DNA of 64,000 nt from Veleropilina oligotropha (taxonomy: Eukaryota): the NCBI GenBank assembly GCA_048128005.1, contig JBEUKZ010000038.1:1-64000 (forward strand), written 5' to 3'. Below the pieces are notes generated by a model, which was not told the origin of the DNA, searched no databases, and saw only the letters and a list, made by a program, of their open reading frames with translations. This document shows positions 14,089 through 28,340 of this stretch, one piece after another (within the stretch, counting starts at the first letter, position 1; every line of letters begins with the position of its first letter). Both the position numbers and the translations under genes were made by a program.

Positions 14089-15220
14089 GTAAGTCGTTTC
14101 GTCACCATCTCTTATTCAGAGGTGTCACTTAACATAATAGGGAACTCTTGCTTACACACCGGTCTACTCTCATAATGACATAGGGACTATACAAGCGCAT
14201 CCCAACTAACAAAAAACGTAATCGCGTCCAGTCAAAGCGAAGAGCTCATGTGTAGCGCATCCTAAAGATTTGTATGGAAATTGTTTACTAACTTCTGTTC
14301 TTGTAGAATCCTAATGACGAACGAGAAAAAGATTTGAACGTAGTAATGCCGATTTAAATATCTCAAGACAAGCGGATCGGCATCACGGAAAATTCGAAGA
14401 TTTAAATTTCATGGGAAGAAAAGTGTCTGGAATGTTGCTCATATTTGTATTTTGAAAAAAAAGAGTAAAATGTTGTATAAAACATCGTCGTCTATAGATA
14501 ACAATTAACAAGACATAATAAAGATTACTTATCTTTTCTGTTGTAGTAATTTGTATATTAACTTCACTGTAGTGTAATTGCTTTTTGTGGAGTAATTCTT
14601 AGTGTTTTAAGATACGGTCTAATATCTTTTATAGCGTTTTTTTAATGATAAAGGTGTGCACAAACGCCGGTAGTAAAATAATTACTTAATAATTTCAAAT
14701 AACCCTTTAAATAGATGTTTATTAAAACAACGCGTGTCTAGCTCATGGAACAATCTGGTCTGAGATAAACAGCATTATTTCGACTGGTGTTTTAATATAT
14801 GAGAAGTCAACACTTTATCAGTGCCAATTAATGGTTACATATATGAATGGGTTGATGCATTGATGTATGTATTATTGCTATGGCAACATTTTATCTTTAT
14901 AAATTTATCATTAAATCTGAACGATGAAATTAATTTATCGTGTGCGCTATACTCTCGGGACTCGAACCATGGACCTCTAGCAATTAGTTCAGCGTATTAC
15001 CATCCGACGATTCGATTATGGTTAATCTCTCTGAAATGTCATGCGCGCCAGTAAAAAGTTTAAACGTGGAGACAGCAGCGAGATAAAATATAAGACAAGT
15101 CATTGACAGTGCAATGAATTCCGTCAAGATTTCGTCATTTTGTCCTGGTCATTATTTGGGACATGCTTTAACGACCTTTTCGTTGTCATAAATGGTAAGC
15201 ACTAGTATATATCCATTTGA

Positions 15221-15484
15221 GGGAGGGGGGAATAATGCTTAATATCCTGTATATTTACAACATCGAGGTTCAAAGCAGAACATGTCCGTGTTATCGCGGG
15301 AGGAAACTTCGGTCGCCCGGGTAAACCCGCCCTCTTCGGCCAGTCACGGACAACTGTGATTCATAACTTGAACAAATTTCAATGCCTCAGCCAGGTATTG
15401 AACCCACTACTGTTCGCATTAGCGAATCAAGCCAGTGAAGTTAGAGTCAGTGGACACTCTACCCACTGCGCTGCCGAAGCGGCC
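15221..15484 (-). mobile_element. Full-length tRNA-derived SINE with V/MESC-like core and 12-bp TSD
   Basis: Minus-strand head GGCCGCTTCGGCAGCGCAGTGGGTAGAGTG (A box), then GGTTCAATACC (B box) and core GGTTTACCCGGGCGACCGAAGTTTCCTCCC. Flanked by the perfect direct repeat ATATCCATTTGA (15209-15220, 15485-15496). Confidence 0.85.
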
Positions 15485-15575
15485 ATATCCATTTGAAATA
15501 GCCAGAGTAGGCTGCAAATGTTATTACTGAAGGCGGGCGGGGAGTTTGGAGATGCCAAAAATAGTATGTGAATAA

Positions 15576-15973
15576 CAGGGACGGCGGAGTCTTTTTTAAA
15601 ATGAGAGTGCTGGATTTAAGCAAAATGTACAATCAACTGTCCGCGTGAGTGGTGGGGCCCCACGCGGAGGAAAATTTTGTCAATTAACGGTGTGAAACTC
15701 TCTTTAGTGCGTTCTGACAGTGCGAAAGACAAAAATTTCTTGGTAACATTTATAAACCTTTTTCACAAATTAAACAAGCGAATTTTTCGGTTTTGTTTAC
15801 AAATTGGGTTTTTCGCATCTCCTGTAAGATTTGATCGTTATATTTACCCACCGTCACTAAGTGAATATCCCTCTTTCGCAAATTACGACGGTTGGAACTA
15901 TTGAGTTTTTAAAAATCGCGAAAAAAGTGTGAGCTCCCTTTAGCCCCACCCCCACCCGGTTCCACCGCCCCTG
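15576..15973. mobile_element. MITE related to 4585-5355
   Basis: Ends are CAGGGACGGCGGA ... TCCACCGCCCCTG, with flanks AATAA/AATAG. It shares the CAATTAACGGTGTGAAAC...TGACAGTGC unit with the 4.6-5.3 kb element. Confidence 0.65.
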
Positions 15974-17772
15974 AATAGTGATAAAAAATGTTGAATCCCG
16001 TTAGTCTACTCCCGTTCAAAGTGACAATACTAATATCCAAAATGAAATAAATAAAAACTATTTGATAAGATCATATATGAAGGTTTCAATGTTTTAAATG
16101 CGGAGCATGCATTTCTACATTTCGGCGCGTCGATCAGTCAACTGCATGTATACCAATGTAGCGATTGTGTGTTTCATTTTCCCATTACAAACAGCCTATA
16201 TATAACTCTGGTATGTAGCGAACAAAGATTGTTTTACAACTTACCGTCATGATATACGCGGGACAGCGTTATTTTCGGTCTGTGTTTATTGTGTAAATAT
16301 AACCCTCGGCGAAAATGTTACCCAATATTGTCGAATCTGTTGAAAGATAACGATATATGAAGAACGTGTTAAACAGCTCCGGAGGTAATAGTCTTAAATG
16401 TAATTTGAATGTGCTTGTGTCAAACTGTCTACCGTTCTGTTCATATAATATATATAATTGCACCTTATTCGCACTTGATGGCATATCATTGTAACACATT
16501 AACGCGTCCCACCCAAACCCCTCAATTACTTTTATCTCCGACAGTCTTAGAGTCAAGATAATTATAACACAGCATAAGTATTTCGAGTTTACATTAAATT
16601 GAAATAATATCCTGATTGCATATCATACGTAAGATATGTAATACACTGCAACCCTAGCTGATATTACACGTAACGATCCGAGCGTTAACGAGGTGCGTTA
16701 TGCTGATATCACGCAGTGTTGTGTTTTTTGTTATACATACCAAAAACTCAACATGTAACCCCTTAAAACATGAACTATTCGATATATCAGGCCCTTTGTA
16801 GGGTTATCGGAATAGTGGAATCGTCCATGCAAATGAATCTTGCAGCTTGTCAAGTCCTTTGTTCGCGGAAGGTGCTAGTCGAAACCCGATTTAATCCCAT
16901 TGTTTCTGCGAACAATGAAGCGATAGGTCCGATAGGATTTATATTGTTCAGATATCAAGCTAACGGCATGTATTTAAAAACGTTCATAAAACTCGAGGAC
17001 GTTCTAACTGTAAACATGGTTGGTTACAAGCACAAGCGATTTGATTTTGATACTTCCAATTGGTGAAAATTGACCTCAGAAAAAATTTAGCGGAAAATGC
17101 AATCGTGCAAAATATGATCGCACTTTATAAACAATGTTAAACATGTTGTCAATTTAAAATGTATTATTTCAATCAGTCTTTTCAACCAAAGTATAATTTC
17201 TGCCACATATCAACCTGGAGTAGCGGGCCTACTAGCCTGACAGTTTCCAGAAATGGAAGTGTTTATATCTGGTGTGTGTCGTACGTATTAAAAAGGCATG
17301 ATATAGAGTATTTAATTAAACTACAATTTGAGTTCACACTCGAGGTGAAAGTAGCGTCACATTCCCGTCTAGAATACCTGTGTTGACGACCATAGTTTGC
17401 TAAATTCCTAGTCGTTTACTTGTAGGCGGTCGCGTCTATTTACCGTTTGTCACGCAGTGCTTACTATATAGGTAATAGTCTGTCTATATTTGCTTAGCGT
17501 GAAACGCGTGCTACAAGTAGTACTACTCGACGAGAGTCTTTGCAACTGTTACGATATCATTGTCACTTTCATCGGACACTTTCGTAAACAAATCTGCGAA
17601 ATACGACAGTAAATGATATCGCACGAAGCTGGCGTCATAGGACAGTAAATAATATTCCAGCGGTGTGATAACTTTTTTTTGTGGATCTCACCGGGGAACT
17701 AAGTCCCCGATGTCAAGGGCCGAAATGGTAATAAATCGATACGGGTAAATTTTACCTGTATATCGCATTAAC

Positions 17773-18240
17773 GGCACATCGTGCCTACTTTACACACAGA
17801 CATAGTGCCTACTTTACAGCCTAACTGGCCTAATAAGCAACTAAAACGTTGCTTCAATGCAAATATATTACAACATACATTTTGACCAAAAAAAACAATA
17901 AAAGGCATACGCCAAAAATGTGACCAAAGTATCACAAATAAATAAAAGACATTAGCCAAAACTGCGACCAAAGTGTCACAAACAATATATACAAATAGGC
18001 ATGACGGCCCGACAAAAATGTGACCAAAGTGCCACAAATAATATATATACAAATGGGCATAACGGCCCGACAAAGGCATAAGCCGCAAAGGTGACCAATG
18101 TGTCACTAATAAAATGTGACAAACTGTCACTAAAATAAAAGGTGCTAGTGCACCACAAAAGTTGTAATAGATTTGCAGTCTAATAAATAGGAGGCCAGGT
18201 GCAAAACTTGACCACGATGGCCTGCTACCGTAAACTTCCC
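17773..18240. repeat. Degenerate short-unit array (TE subterminal-like)
   Basis: AAAATGTGACCAAAGTGTCAC-like units x ~5 and a duplicated GTGCCTACTTTACA. No convincing second terminus. Confidence 0.5.
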
Positions 18241-20167
18241 CGCTGTGTATCAACTGCAAATCTACTACAAATGTAAGTATGTACAATTTACAATAGGACT
18301 GTCAGCCGTGACCCTTCCAAGCTTGCAAACACGTCATTGTAGCACCACATGCGAGAGGAGGCAATGCCTCGCTTGCTCAATAATGCACGTGCGTGGTGAT
18401 AACTATATCTGCGCAGCATGCTTTTAGTGTAGAGTATTCAGACTTCTATATTAGTCATATGAGTAATAAAAGGGAAGGCATGAAAAAGGTTACCCGTGCT
18501 TCGAACGGAGACGTTAAACGGAGTTTCGAATAAAAATTGTAAAAATGTGATCGTATAAGTAGACTGAATCTAATCTTATAAAATAATATTATAAGCATCA
18601 CCGACGCATTGCTGGCAGACGTATATCTCAACTCAATGGCTTCGGGGTGTTTTACAATGAATACAATTTTACTATTCGTTCTACGGGCGTTTCCTTACGT
18701 TAAATTCCATATCAAATGTCTATTACATACAAAGTCTGATAATGTTATCATTGAACACAGGTATGCATGAAGTATACACCCCTTTAAATATAACATGATT
18801 GAAAATGGGATTATCTTGTCATGCATACAAAGGAAAATGACTATAAACTTTTAGGACATCGTAGTAAAGCAGTGCCATCAACGCAGATAAACCAACGACT
18901 ATCGATTGACATCGGCAAACTCCGGCACGCGCGATGACGACTAAACAAATTCCATTGATTATGTCACTACAGGGCTATTATATATGATTGTTTAATTCGT
19001 CACAAATGGGAATAATCTCGCTTATCGCCAGGTATCATCGATTATACGTTTTGCACATTTCCTGGGAAAATAATTCAAGCAACTGATTTTCATTTATGGC
19101 TCTCGTTCTGGCTCTATTAAAATACAATGCAGGACTATCAAGCTATTACGCGACATCCTATACATGGTATATAAATCATTTCTATGATGTTTTGATCTCC
19201 ATGGAATAGACTTTTATGTAACATGTTACGAGGCAATGGAGTTGTTAGTGCTTATTAATTTGATACGAAGTAGTTTAAATGGATGAAATGATGTCTAATG
19301 ACCACGTCACACTTCTTCAGTCTAACACCGGTCAATGAATTTTGAATTTTGTGAGCAATGCAGACGACGTTAATTGGGAGAGTTCCCTTCAATCTAGCTC
19401 TGACGTTGTGGTTCAGTCTAATAATCATGCACTTGGCCACCCCACCCCCTTATTGCGAAGAAAAATAATTTATTCCACATATTGCGATCTCGAACCAGTC
19501 GCGAAAATTGTTGCAGACTCCGTTTATTTTGGGATTGGTCAATTATTATAGGGTGCGTCATGAACGAATGACACAGACTTTAGGGGCTGGCCAGGAAAAA
19601 GTCATGAGAAAATTACACAACGTATTGTTATGCTCACATACTTGTAGTTTGGTAAAAATGGTTCATAATTTTTAGTTAGAAATATGGTATTTGCACTCTA
19701 ACAATGCAAGAGAGAGGATTAACTGGCGAACCTTTCATCTGCAAACGGTCAGTGGATAGTAGGCATATATTGTAAAACTTGGATCCATTTTTTCAAATCA
19801 TGGATCCGCCCCTGAAGCGAAATTATGAAAAAGACACGCAGTCCAAGGATGGGTCGTGAAAAATGTAACAGACATTGGGGGTGAAGCATCACTGTTTGAC
19901 ATAGTCATTTTCCCAATCTCATCCCCACCCCCTTATAAAAGTTAATGGTCAGTCCCTTAGGTATCACTACTTATCATTACTGACTATTATCAGCATATCT
20001 GAATATGTATAGAAGCAATGATTACACAGCCATTGGGCATTCTTTCGGCATGAATCTTGTCTGCATACGCAAATATTAATTGCTGCACATTTACCAATAC
20101 ATTGTTAAAATATCATATGCTGGTTGTAGAAAAATTATAAGAAAAATAGCACCACAGATAGGACTAT

Positions 20168-21328
20168 CCCGACACTGAAAACAAAAGGGTGCATGCATCT
20201 ATCACTCTGTTCTCCTGTTGTGTGTCACGTCGTAGCAGACGTTGCTGGCTTGGTCACAACGAACCCACGACACTTTTGTGCCACGACACGACAGAAAATT
20301 TGGGCAAATCGAGGGGTCATCGGGGGTCGTCGCACGACAGTCCTACGAAATTTTGAGCATCGTGGCATCGACTTGCTGTCGTGAGGCAAAATGGGACATG
20401 CACCTTTTTTGTTCCACGATTTTTTGTGGTATCTATATGTCTTGTGGCTGTCGTGAGTCTGTCCTACGACAGTCTTGCGACTGTCGTGCGATAAATATCT
20501 TGTCGTGGGTACCAGAAGAATTTTTTTTAGTCAAACAATCTTACGACTGTCGCAAGACTGTTCTACGACTGTCGCAGGACAGTCGTGAGACAGTTGCAAG
20601 ATTGTCTCACGAATATTATATTTCGTAAGAGGCTCGCATAACATTGCAAGTCTGTCGGGCGTTAGTCTTGCAATATATTTCCGTTTTTTGAGAGGTATAT
20701 AGCTCGGGCGAATGAACGCTTAGAAAAAAAACTGTCTGTACTCGCTGAGAGAGGAACTTGGATTAAATTTGCAAAAGGTTGAATAAAATATAGTGACAAA
20801 TGTCTAAAATTCGAGCAGAACTTCGATGTTTCCACTGAAAAATCTCGAGAGCAGGCAAGGTGGTGGTGTGATGGAGTTTTATGCCCGCGTCCACCTCATC
20901 CGTCATCGTTTTAGCAGGCCAGTTCCTACAGGAACCGCCGGTGACAAAAATAAATGTACACAGTAACAGTGCTATGCAAGACGTACATCTCACACAAGTC
21001 CGACACTGTCAGGTGTCAGACCGGGCCTCGTTATATAGTCGGGAGACGGACGCACGAGCGTCCCACGAGTGACCCACGACTGTTGTGCGGCAGTCTTGCG
21101 TGAAAAACAGCCTCCCGACAAGTCACGATGGTCCCACGACTGTCGCACGACTGACTTGCGACACACCCACTTTTTTTCTGTCGCGTCCCCATCGCCAAAC
21201 GATCTTTAATGTGTCGTAGCCCTTGTGACCACTAGAAATAGATTTCGGGCATGTTGCAAGATCTGGCCACGACAAATATTTCATGGGTCTACCACGACAA
21301 AATTTCGTACGATCCGTTGTGCCCGGGG
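20168..21328. mobile_element. Non-autonomous foldback-like element rich in CACGAC/GTCGTG motifs
   Basis: GC-richer block with many ACGAC/GTCGT motifs. The arms are degenerate inverted repeats (TGGTCACAA..ACGACAC at ~20251 vs GTGTCGT..TTGTGACCA at ~21211-21231), with CCCG...CGGG-like ends. Confidence 0.5.
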
Positions 21329-23225
21329 ATTAACCAACAATAATTAAAGATTATTGCAATAGTGTGAGTTCTCGTTACTCATTTTACGATGTAGTTCCAA
21401 CATTGCTGCAACAGCACAAACTGCACGCTGACATTTTCGTACACATCTGCCCCAAATAGTGTCTAGCCGTGTTAATTTGGTTGTGTCGCAAAGTAGGCCT
21501 ACACAGTTGCAACACTGTTTTCAAAAGCACTTCAACTTGGAGCGCCATTGATGCTTCTTCGGGGCAATGCATAAGAAGTGGGTACGCGCTCTTTAATTAT
21601 CCGGACTATAATAAGCATGTTGATGAAAATAGTCAATCCAGAACTATTAGCAGGCCACTTGATTCTGAATGCAGACGCCTGTGGTTCGACCCCGGTTGTG
21701 GCGATTTGGCTTGGACAAACAAATAACCTTACTAGTATTATGAAAGTATATGGTTTGGCTGACCAATCCGATTAGAACTCTGTAATTACTACCAGGTTTG
21801 AATAGAGAGAAAATGTGAGATCCAGACTGTTAGTCATATCGCTTCCCACATGTAAGCTCTCATAGTGACTTGAGTCGCGATAGTATTTCAAGTAAAACAT
21901 GCCCATTACCTTACTTTAAACCAACGCCATATATAACTTTTTAACTTAATTTTTTCGTCTATCTCTACTAATATCCTTCGTCAATCTCCGGATTATGGGA
22001 AATGCTAATGATTTTTGCATCACGATTATAGAAACTATACTCGTCATGATTTCTGTATTATAGATTATCATGGCAGATAGTCGTAGAGATTAACGTAAGC
22101 TAATACTGTCGACATCGCGAATCAAACCATAATCCATTGACAACCGAAACATTCCGCCACGGTTTACGACAACTAACCGCTCGACTTTAATTAAATCATT
22201 GTACTTTTGTTTGCAATAACTGTGTAAATCATCGTAAATCTATGTGCACCCGTTATGGGTAAGCGACATTGATTAAAGTCCCCACACACTTCCTGAGCAT
22301 GCGATCGGAACAAGTGAGATTCTATTAAACATGAATCGATGCACAAATTATTTAATGGATACGCAAGCAGGGAGTGTTATTGCTGAATTTATTTGATTAA
22401 CTACTTGAAATTGAACAAATGATGTATTATAACTGCCAATAGCTATTAATTGCAAACAATTTTATGCGAAACAGTCGGTGCTATTGATAATGACCGGAGT
22501 TATTTCTTTCTGATTATAGATATATTTCTTCAGCTCAATTTTGACAAATTATAGTATTGCTATTTAAATGAAATAATAGAAATATAATGTAATTAATCTA
22601 ACAATGCGAATGTCATAATTCGTCCACTGTAATAAAACGTATAGGCCCTTTTCTAGTAAATATGATAAAGGAAAGGTATGCTGCCATGGGTGATCCAACT
22701 TCACTAAATTCAATAACCTATTCATATTTTCATTTTCTCGTGAAAATTTAAACATTGTTTAAGGAATTTAATTAGACGTATACGGCGATCGTTCCTAAAT
22801 AGCTGGTGTTCGAAATTTTAAAGACACCAGTATTTCGAACAGCATTACGTTTACTATTTGCTGTATTGGCGTGTTATATGGGCGCATATTTAGGAACGGA
22901 GAGGGAGAACTAAAAGTTAGGGTTGTGTTTCTCTTTAGATTTTCTTGACAGTTGCCTTCTTTGCCAGTTCTAGGCATCAACAAAGTACAGTGAACATTAA
23001 ATTTCACATTTGAGTTCTCTCGCGGACCCCACAGACGGTATTAATTGCAAAATTGCGCAAATTAATAGAAAACTGCCTCTCTTATCATCATATTGTGAGT
23101 AGTGGAGTGTCATCATCCTTTACATTGAAGTTCACGCAAAAGCCTAACTCCGTGTGTTGTCATAATATACATGTAGGTTGGGCTTGATTATTCTACTTTT
23201 TAAACATCGTATTTTTCCTTTGCAG

Positions 23226-23363
23226 GCCAAATGTATGTCCGTACCAGGACGTCCAGATGTCATTAGTGAGAAGGCCATGTGTTCAAGCCTTCACACGATT
23301 GGTGAAGGTGTGGAAACCGAACTGTGGACATTTACATAATTGGTGCGTTGGATTTGAAAGGAG
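23226..23363 (+). CDS. MEGF6: MEGF6-like protein, coding exon 2 (EMI domain N-half)
   Basis: TTTTTCCTTTGCAG| ... |GTAAGA, 138 nt, phase 2-2. Encodes PNVCPYQDVQMSLVRRPCVQAFTRLVKVWKPNCGHLHNWCVGFER, resembling the MEGF6 EMI signature (PCVQA...VWK..C....WCVG.ERR). Confidence 0.93.
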
Positions 23364-23799
23364 GTAAGAAAATGTAAAAAATAAATGGCTGACATGTACA
23401 AGTACCAATTACTAATGGATAACGATTACCTGCTTTATTTATCAATAGCCAGTATAATATTATTTGGGACACATATCAAAGATTTTTTCATGAGACAACT
23501 GAAAAAAATCGTTTGTTAATAAGTATAATAATTTAAGGATATCTAATTAAAGATAGGGCCTATATGCGTTAATTTCGATGACTGTGCAGCATGTATTTGT
23601 TCAGTTTCCTTTTAATTTCCGCTGACGAATTACCAAAAAATCATTATGACACTTTAAAAACATATGATGATGTATTATTTATCGATCAATTTAACAATAT
23701 GAATCAAATAATATCGATGCGCAATTGATATTTTCACGCTGACTAATGTCAGAAATCATTATGATAAAACAAGTTCATCGGACATTAATGTTCTCTTGT

Positions 23800-25250
23800 A
23801 AAAGTTTGCAGACGACACCAAATTGTACAAAATTGTTGAAACTGAAGAAGATGTAAAGACACTTCAAGGTGATTTAAACAATCTGGTAAAATGGTCAGAG
23901 GATTGGCAAATGCTTTTTAACACCAGTAAATGTAAGGTATTTTATGCGGGTTATAACAACAAATATTTTAATTATAAAATGGGTTCAGATACCTTAGAAG
24001 TAGTAACAAAAGATAAAGATTTGGGTGTATGGGTGGACAAGACGTTTAAACCATCAAATCAATGTGCAGAATCAGCTAAAAAGGGAAATCAAATATTGGG
24101 AATGATCAAGAGAAACTTTAATTTTAAATCCAGAGTCATCATAACGGGTGTAGGGCAAAAGCCCCCCCAGACATAACCCCCCCTGGACAAAACCCCCCCG
24201 GACAAAAGCTCCCCTGGGCAAAAGCCCCCCCAAGTTCATTGCAATGTGGGCAAAAGCCCCCCTCCTGACAGGATAGGAATACCTTAAAATTTTGATTATT
24301 ATTAATTAGTTGTTGCATCGTAAACAGACTGAATTGTGTAGTAGCACCCCCCCCCCCCCCCCCTGCAACAAAGAATCTCCAAGAACGTCTGAATAAGATT
24401 TGCAGAGATCGTTTGGCAGAACTAAGGACAGTTGAAGAAACCCTTAGGAGTGTAAGCCACTGCATTATATGGTAATAAAAGACCATACTGTCCTCATGTA
24501 TGCAAATGTGGATGGAATAGTTGATTTTATGTACAAAAGTTGTATAATAAATATTGTGTAGTACTCTACATGTTTTCGCTTGTTTTCATAAGAAAGGGGG
24601 GCTTTTGTCCACAATGCAATTTACCTGGGGGGTCTTTTGCCTGGGGGAGCTTTTGTCCGGGGGGGTTTTGTCCAGGGGGGGTTATGTCTGGGGGGGTTTT
24701 GTCCGTACCCCCATCATAACACGCCTATACAAGCAAATGGTTAGACCGCATTTAGAATATGCAGTGCAAGCATGGAGCCCATATCTTGCAAAGGATATCA
24801 AAATTCTTGAACAAGTTCAAAGAAGAGCCACGAAATTGATAGGCGAAGTGAGAGAATTACCTTATGAGGATAGACTAAGAGCATTGTCTTTGAGAAGGAC
24901 ACGGGGGGATATGATTCAGGTATTTAAAATGTTTACAGGAATTGACAATGTTGACAGTACTTTCTTTTTTCAGATGAACCAAAGACCTACAAGGGGCCAT
25001 AAATACAAATTTTACAAAAAAAGATTCTGACTAGACGTTAGAAAACACTTTTTTCTCAAATCGGGTTGTCGATGAATGGAACAGTCTTCCTAGTAATGTA
25101 GTAGAATCGACATAATTATGTAAACCAATTTAACCATGTAGATGATTATTTTAATAAACAGGGCAGGCTATAGATGACCAGAAACGACAATGAGTTTTAA
25201 TATGAGTGGCAGTAATGCGCTTCCTAAACCCAAACAAATTCTATTTAAAT
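23800..25250 (+). mobile_element. 5'-truncated CR1-clade LINE (RT C-terminus + 3' UTR), interrupted at 24146-24711
   Basis: FADDTKLY...LQGDLNNLVKWSEDWQMLFNTSKCKV...DKDLGVWVD...FKSRVIIT//RLYKQMVRPHLEYAVQAWSPY...LEQVQRRATKLI...RGDMIQVFK...TRGHKYK. The frame is continuous once the insertion and one TSD copy are removed. A stop and a frameshift occur near the end. Confidence 0.92.
24146..24711 (+). mobile_element. Mutator/MULE-like non-autonomous element, 566 bp, 9-bp TSD
   Basis: Perfect TSD CATCATAAC (24137-24145, 24712-24720). ~120-bp imperfect TIRs are built from GG(A/G)CAAAAGCCCCC units. The interior at 24371-24475 encodes KNLQERLNKICRDRLAELRTVEETLRSVSHCIIW*. Confidence 0.85.
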
Positions 25251-28052
25251 TTATCCCAGACATGGCGAACTAGCTCCCTGGTGCAAGGAAATGATTATAT
25301 GATATTGGCCTCGGATGATCCAGACAAATGCACATAAATATGGAAAATCCATTGCCATATTTGGCGATAAGTAGTAAATTGTTGCTATGTTCTCCAAATT
25401 TACGCTGCGGTTTAATTACTGTCTTTTACCAGTACATCGATCACAGTTGCCAGTAGCTCCCAGCCTGTAAATGTAGCCCGTGGCTTTATTGCTGTCACGT
25501 GATATTTTCGCGCCATAATTATTAAGTTTAGTCATGTGACTGGGATGGTTCAAAGAATCGAAGTTGACGCTGTAACAAATCATTTTATGTCATTGTCCCA
25601 TGGTATATTGGAATTCGTGTAGTGTCTTATAAACATTTAAACCGATAATGCAATAGGCAGAAGTTTGCAAAACTGTGATGTATTTTATCTTCAAGTTGTA
25701 TGGAGATTTATAACGTGTGTGTTCGTGCGTGCAATTTTGGTCAAAATGGCGGATTACTTCTTGTGAAGGCCCTCGTGCTGAAAATGCTTAGTCACGACTG
25801 CGATTAACCACTAAATTCAATAATAATAGTAAATTGCTTATCTGCTTACAGTATACAACAATAGTCATTATAGTGCACTGATACTACGAAGTCTGGATTT
25901 TAAACGTTGATGGGGGTCGAATTTGTTTTGAGATATACTAGCTGTCAACAACGGTACTCCAACAACGTTAGAGCCGGCTATACATAGGTTGCAGATGACG
26001 TCACGCAATCCCATAATTCTGTGCGCGGCGCCATTACAGAAGGAAAGGAATAACACGATGGATATAAGATTACAGTATAATCGATTCAATTATGTGAAAA
26101 TAAATGATAAAGATAGAAATTCACGGAAGCGTTGTGACGGTACTTTCAATATATTAAATATATATTGTCGTTTGGTTTAGTTCATACAACAACAGCAGAG
26201 CCTTCGTCATTTAAATTAAATAACTGGTCCAATTTTAGGCTATTAATTAAGCATAGCCATAGCTAAAATTTCATTCGAATCTTACAATTAGCCTTATAAA
26301 TACCTTTTGTGTTCTTTATTCAACTGTCGACTGTAACAATAGCGTTGCATCCATTGCATTGAAATAAAATCAGACCGCCATCAAAGTTTGATACATTGAT
26401 TCATATTGTTTTAAAACGTAAAAGTAGGCGCCTACGATAGTCCCTTTGATCGGAAATGTTGTCCATTGTTATGTGAAAGCAATTTTCGCATTCCGAGCGT
26501 ATTTCGGTATTTATATATTTAATCTAAAATTCGAGCTTATAATTTATTTCGTACATGCTTCGGGTCTATGCATATGGCGACTGCTAGGGAACAAACACAT
26601 ACGCGCAGTGATATAGCTGTGGATTTTCCAAACATGTGCGACACGTTAAGCTTAGTAGTCTTTTTCAAAAAAACAAAATAAAAATAAAAGCTTTAATGTG
26701 TTGCCATTGGAAGTGTAGGTATACAGCACATTTTTTGTTTAATTTTATAAACTTTGAAAGACAGACATTAGATCAAGAACTATATTTTATTGCGGAACGT
26801 TCAAATTGCGCAAGCTGGTTATTTCAGTCAAATAGTGTTTGTAGCCTAGATGTGTTTACAAGAAACAATGGGTCTGCCGCACAAACAAAATGTTACCTAT
26901 TTATCAGCTTGGCAATGACATCCTGTGGTCTCAATTGAATTATCAATAAGACAATAACCATTGAAAATAACAATTAGCACTGCAGCGGGGTACTAAAGAA
27001 CGACGTGCGATGCATGCGCACTTTGACTTTCAAGTCGGGGAAACATTCAATTAATCCGTAAAAAGACAAAACGTACGTACTATAATAGGCTTACTACATT
27101 TAGTAATATACAATAACATACGATAATTTATTGACAATTTATATAATGTAGGAACTAATTAACTTAAACGTAGGAACTAATTAACTCAAGTCAGTAACAC
27201 TAACAGTATAGCTTATTACATGAATATTTACTTTATTCGCCGCATTTGTTTTTCTGCGGTTGCGATATCAAACGTAGCAACTTCCTGTAAGAACAGCAAC
27301 TCGTGAATATTCAAAAACTAAATGAATGCTCATTCACACGTATTATATTTTACGTATTGACCAGTATTCATTTGATTGACTGCTACGAGTGTTTGCCTTC
27401 CGCGATGGCGGACGACTCTGTGATCACATGGTTTTGGTCACGTGTCTGCAACCTATGTATAGTTCCTAATCAGACTCTAACGGCTGAGCTAAAATTTCTC
27501 ACCTCAAAATATTCTAATGGTGAAAATTACGGCCCATGGCGAAAAGTACTAAATTTCAATAAAGTACAGTTTATCACTTACTTGCATTGGTATATGTTCC
27601 TTTATACCAAATAACACCGATAAGCTACTTTGGAACACAAAACGGACGATTTAAATTTTACAATGTAAACAAAATACTCGCCATTTTGTGACGTTAGCAT
27701 TTCGTTTAACGGTTAAACATTGACAAATAATGCATTTCAACATACATTATGACAACAAAATCACTAAAAACTAACAGGTATGTATATATTCATGCATATT
27801 TATACAATTGAAGTATTTACTGTTTGTTTCACTGTATTTTTAATTAGTAATTTGCTACAAAACCGTTCCCGACGAAATCCGTCGGGAACCTGATCGTCAT
27901 AAAAGGTGCTTCGGATATATGAGGTAGGGTATGAAAGGCACGTCAGCCCGGTCTCATGTTATAGGAGTATCAACAACGGTAGAGCTAGGTTACGTAAAGG
28001 TTCTAAATAGCAAATTTATAGGTTACGTAAAGGTTCTAAATAGCAAATTTAA

Positions 28053-28340
28053 AGTTGCATTACTCGTAAATAGCAAAAAATGCTTTTAATTGTAAACACT
28101 AGACCGCAAATGCATTTTGTTCCAGTTAGCCGAAGTTAGAAACTTGGCAATTTTTCCAAAAAATTCTATAGACTCTCTGTCACTGGGTCCCTGGAGCGCC
28201 TATGAATTAAAAGTGAAAATAATAAAACCGGGCCCCAGTTTTATTATGGGTAACGGTTATTTCGCCGAAGCCAATTCGTCAAGTTGGGAACTGCCGAAGT
28301 TAACTTGGGAACTGAAACGTTGAGTTGCAACATTGTCACG
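28053..28340 (-). mobile_element. Partial inverted copy of the Kolobok-like element at 32383-32995
   Basis: Starts TTAA|AGTTGCATTAC. Aligns to the reverse complement of ~32730-32995 (e.g. GTTAGAAACTT.GCAATTTTTCCAAAAAATTCT, AAGTTAACTTGGG). Confidence 0.75.

Noticed and set aside
17768..18286. 172-aa hydrophobic ORF
   Set aside because: It runs through a short-unit repeat array, has no domain signal, and is antisense within an intron.
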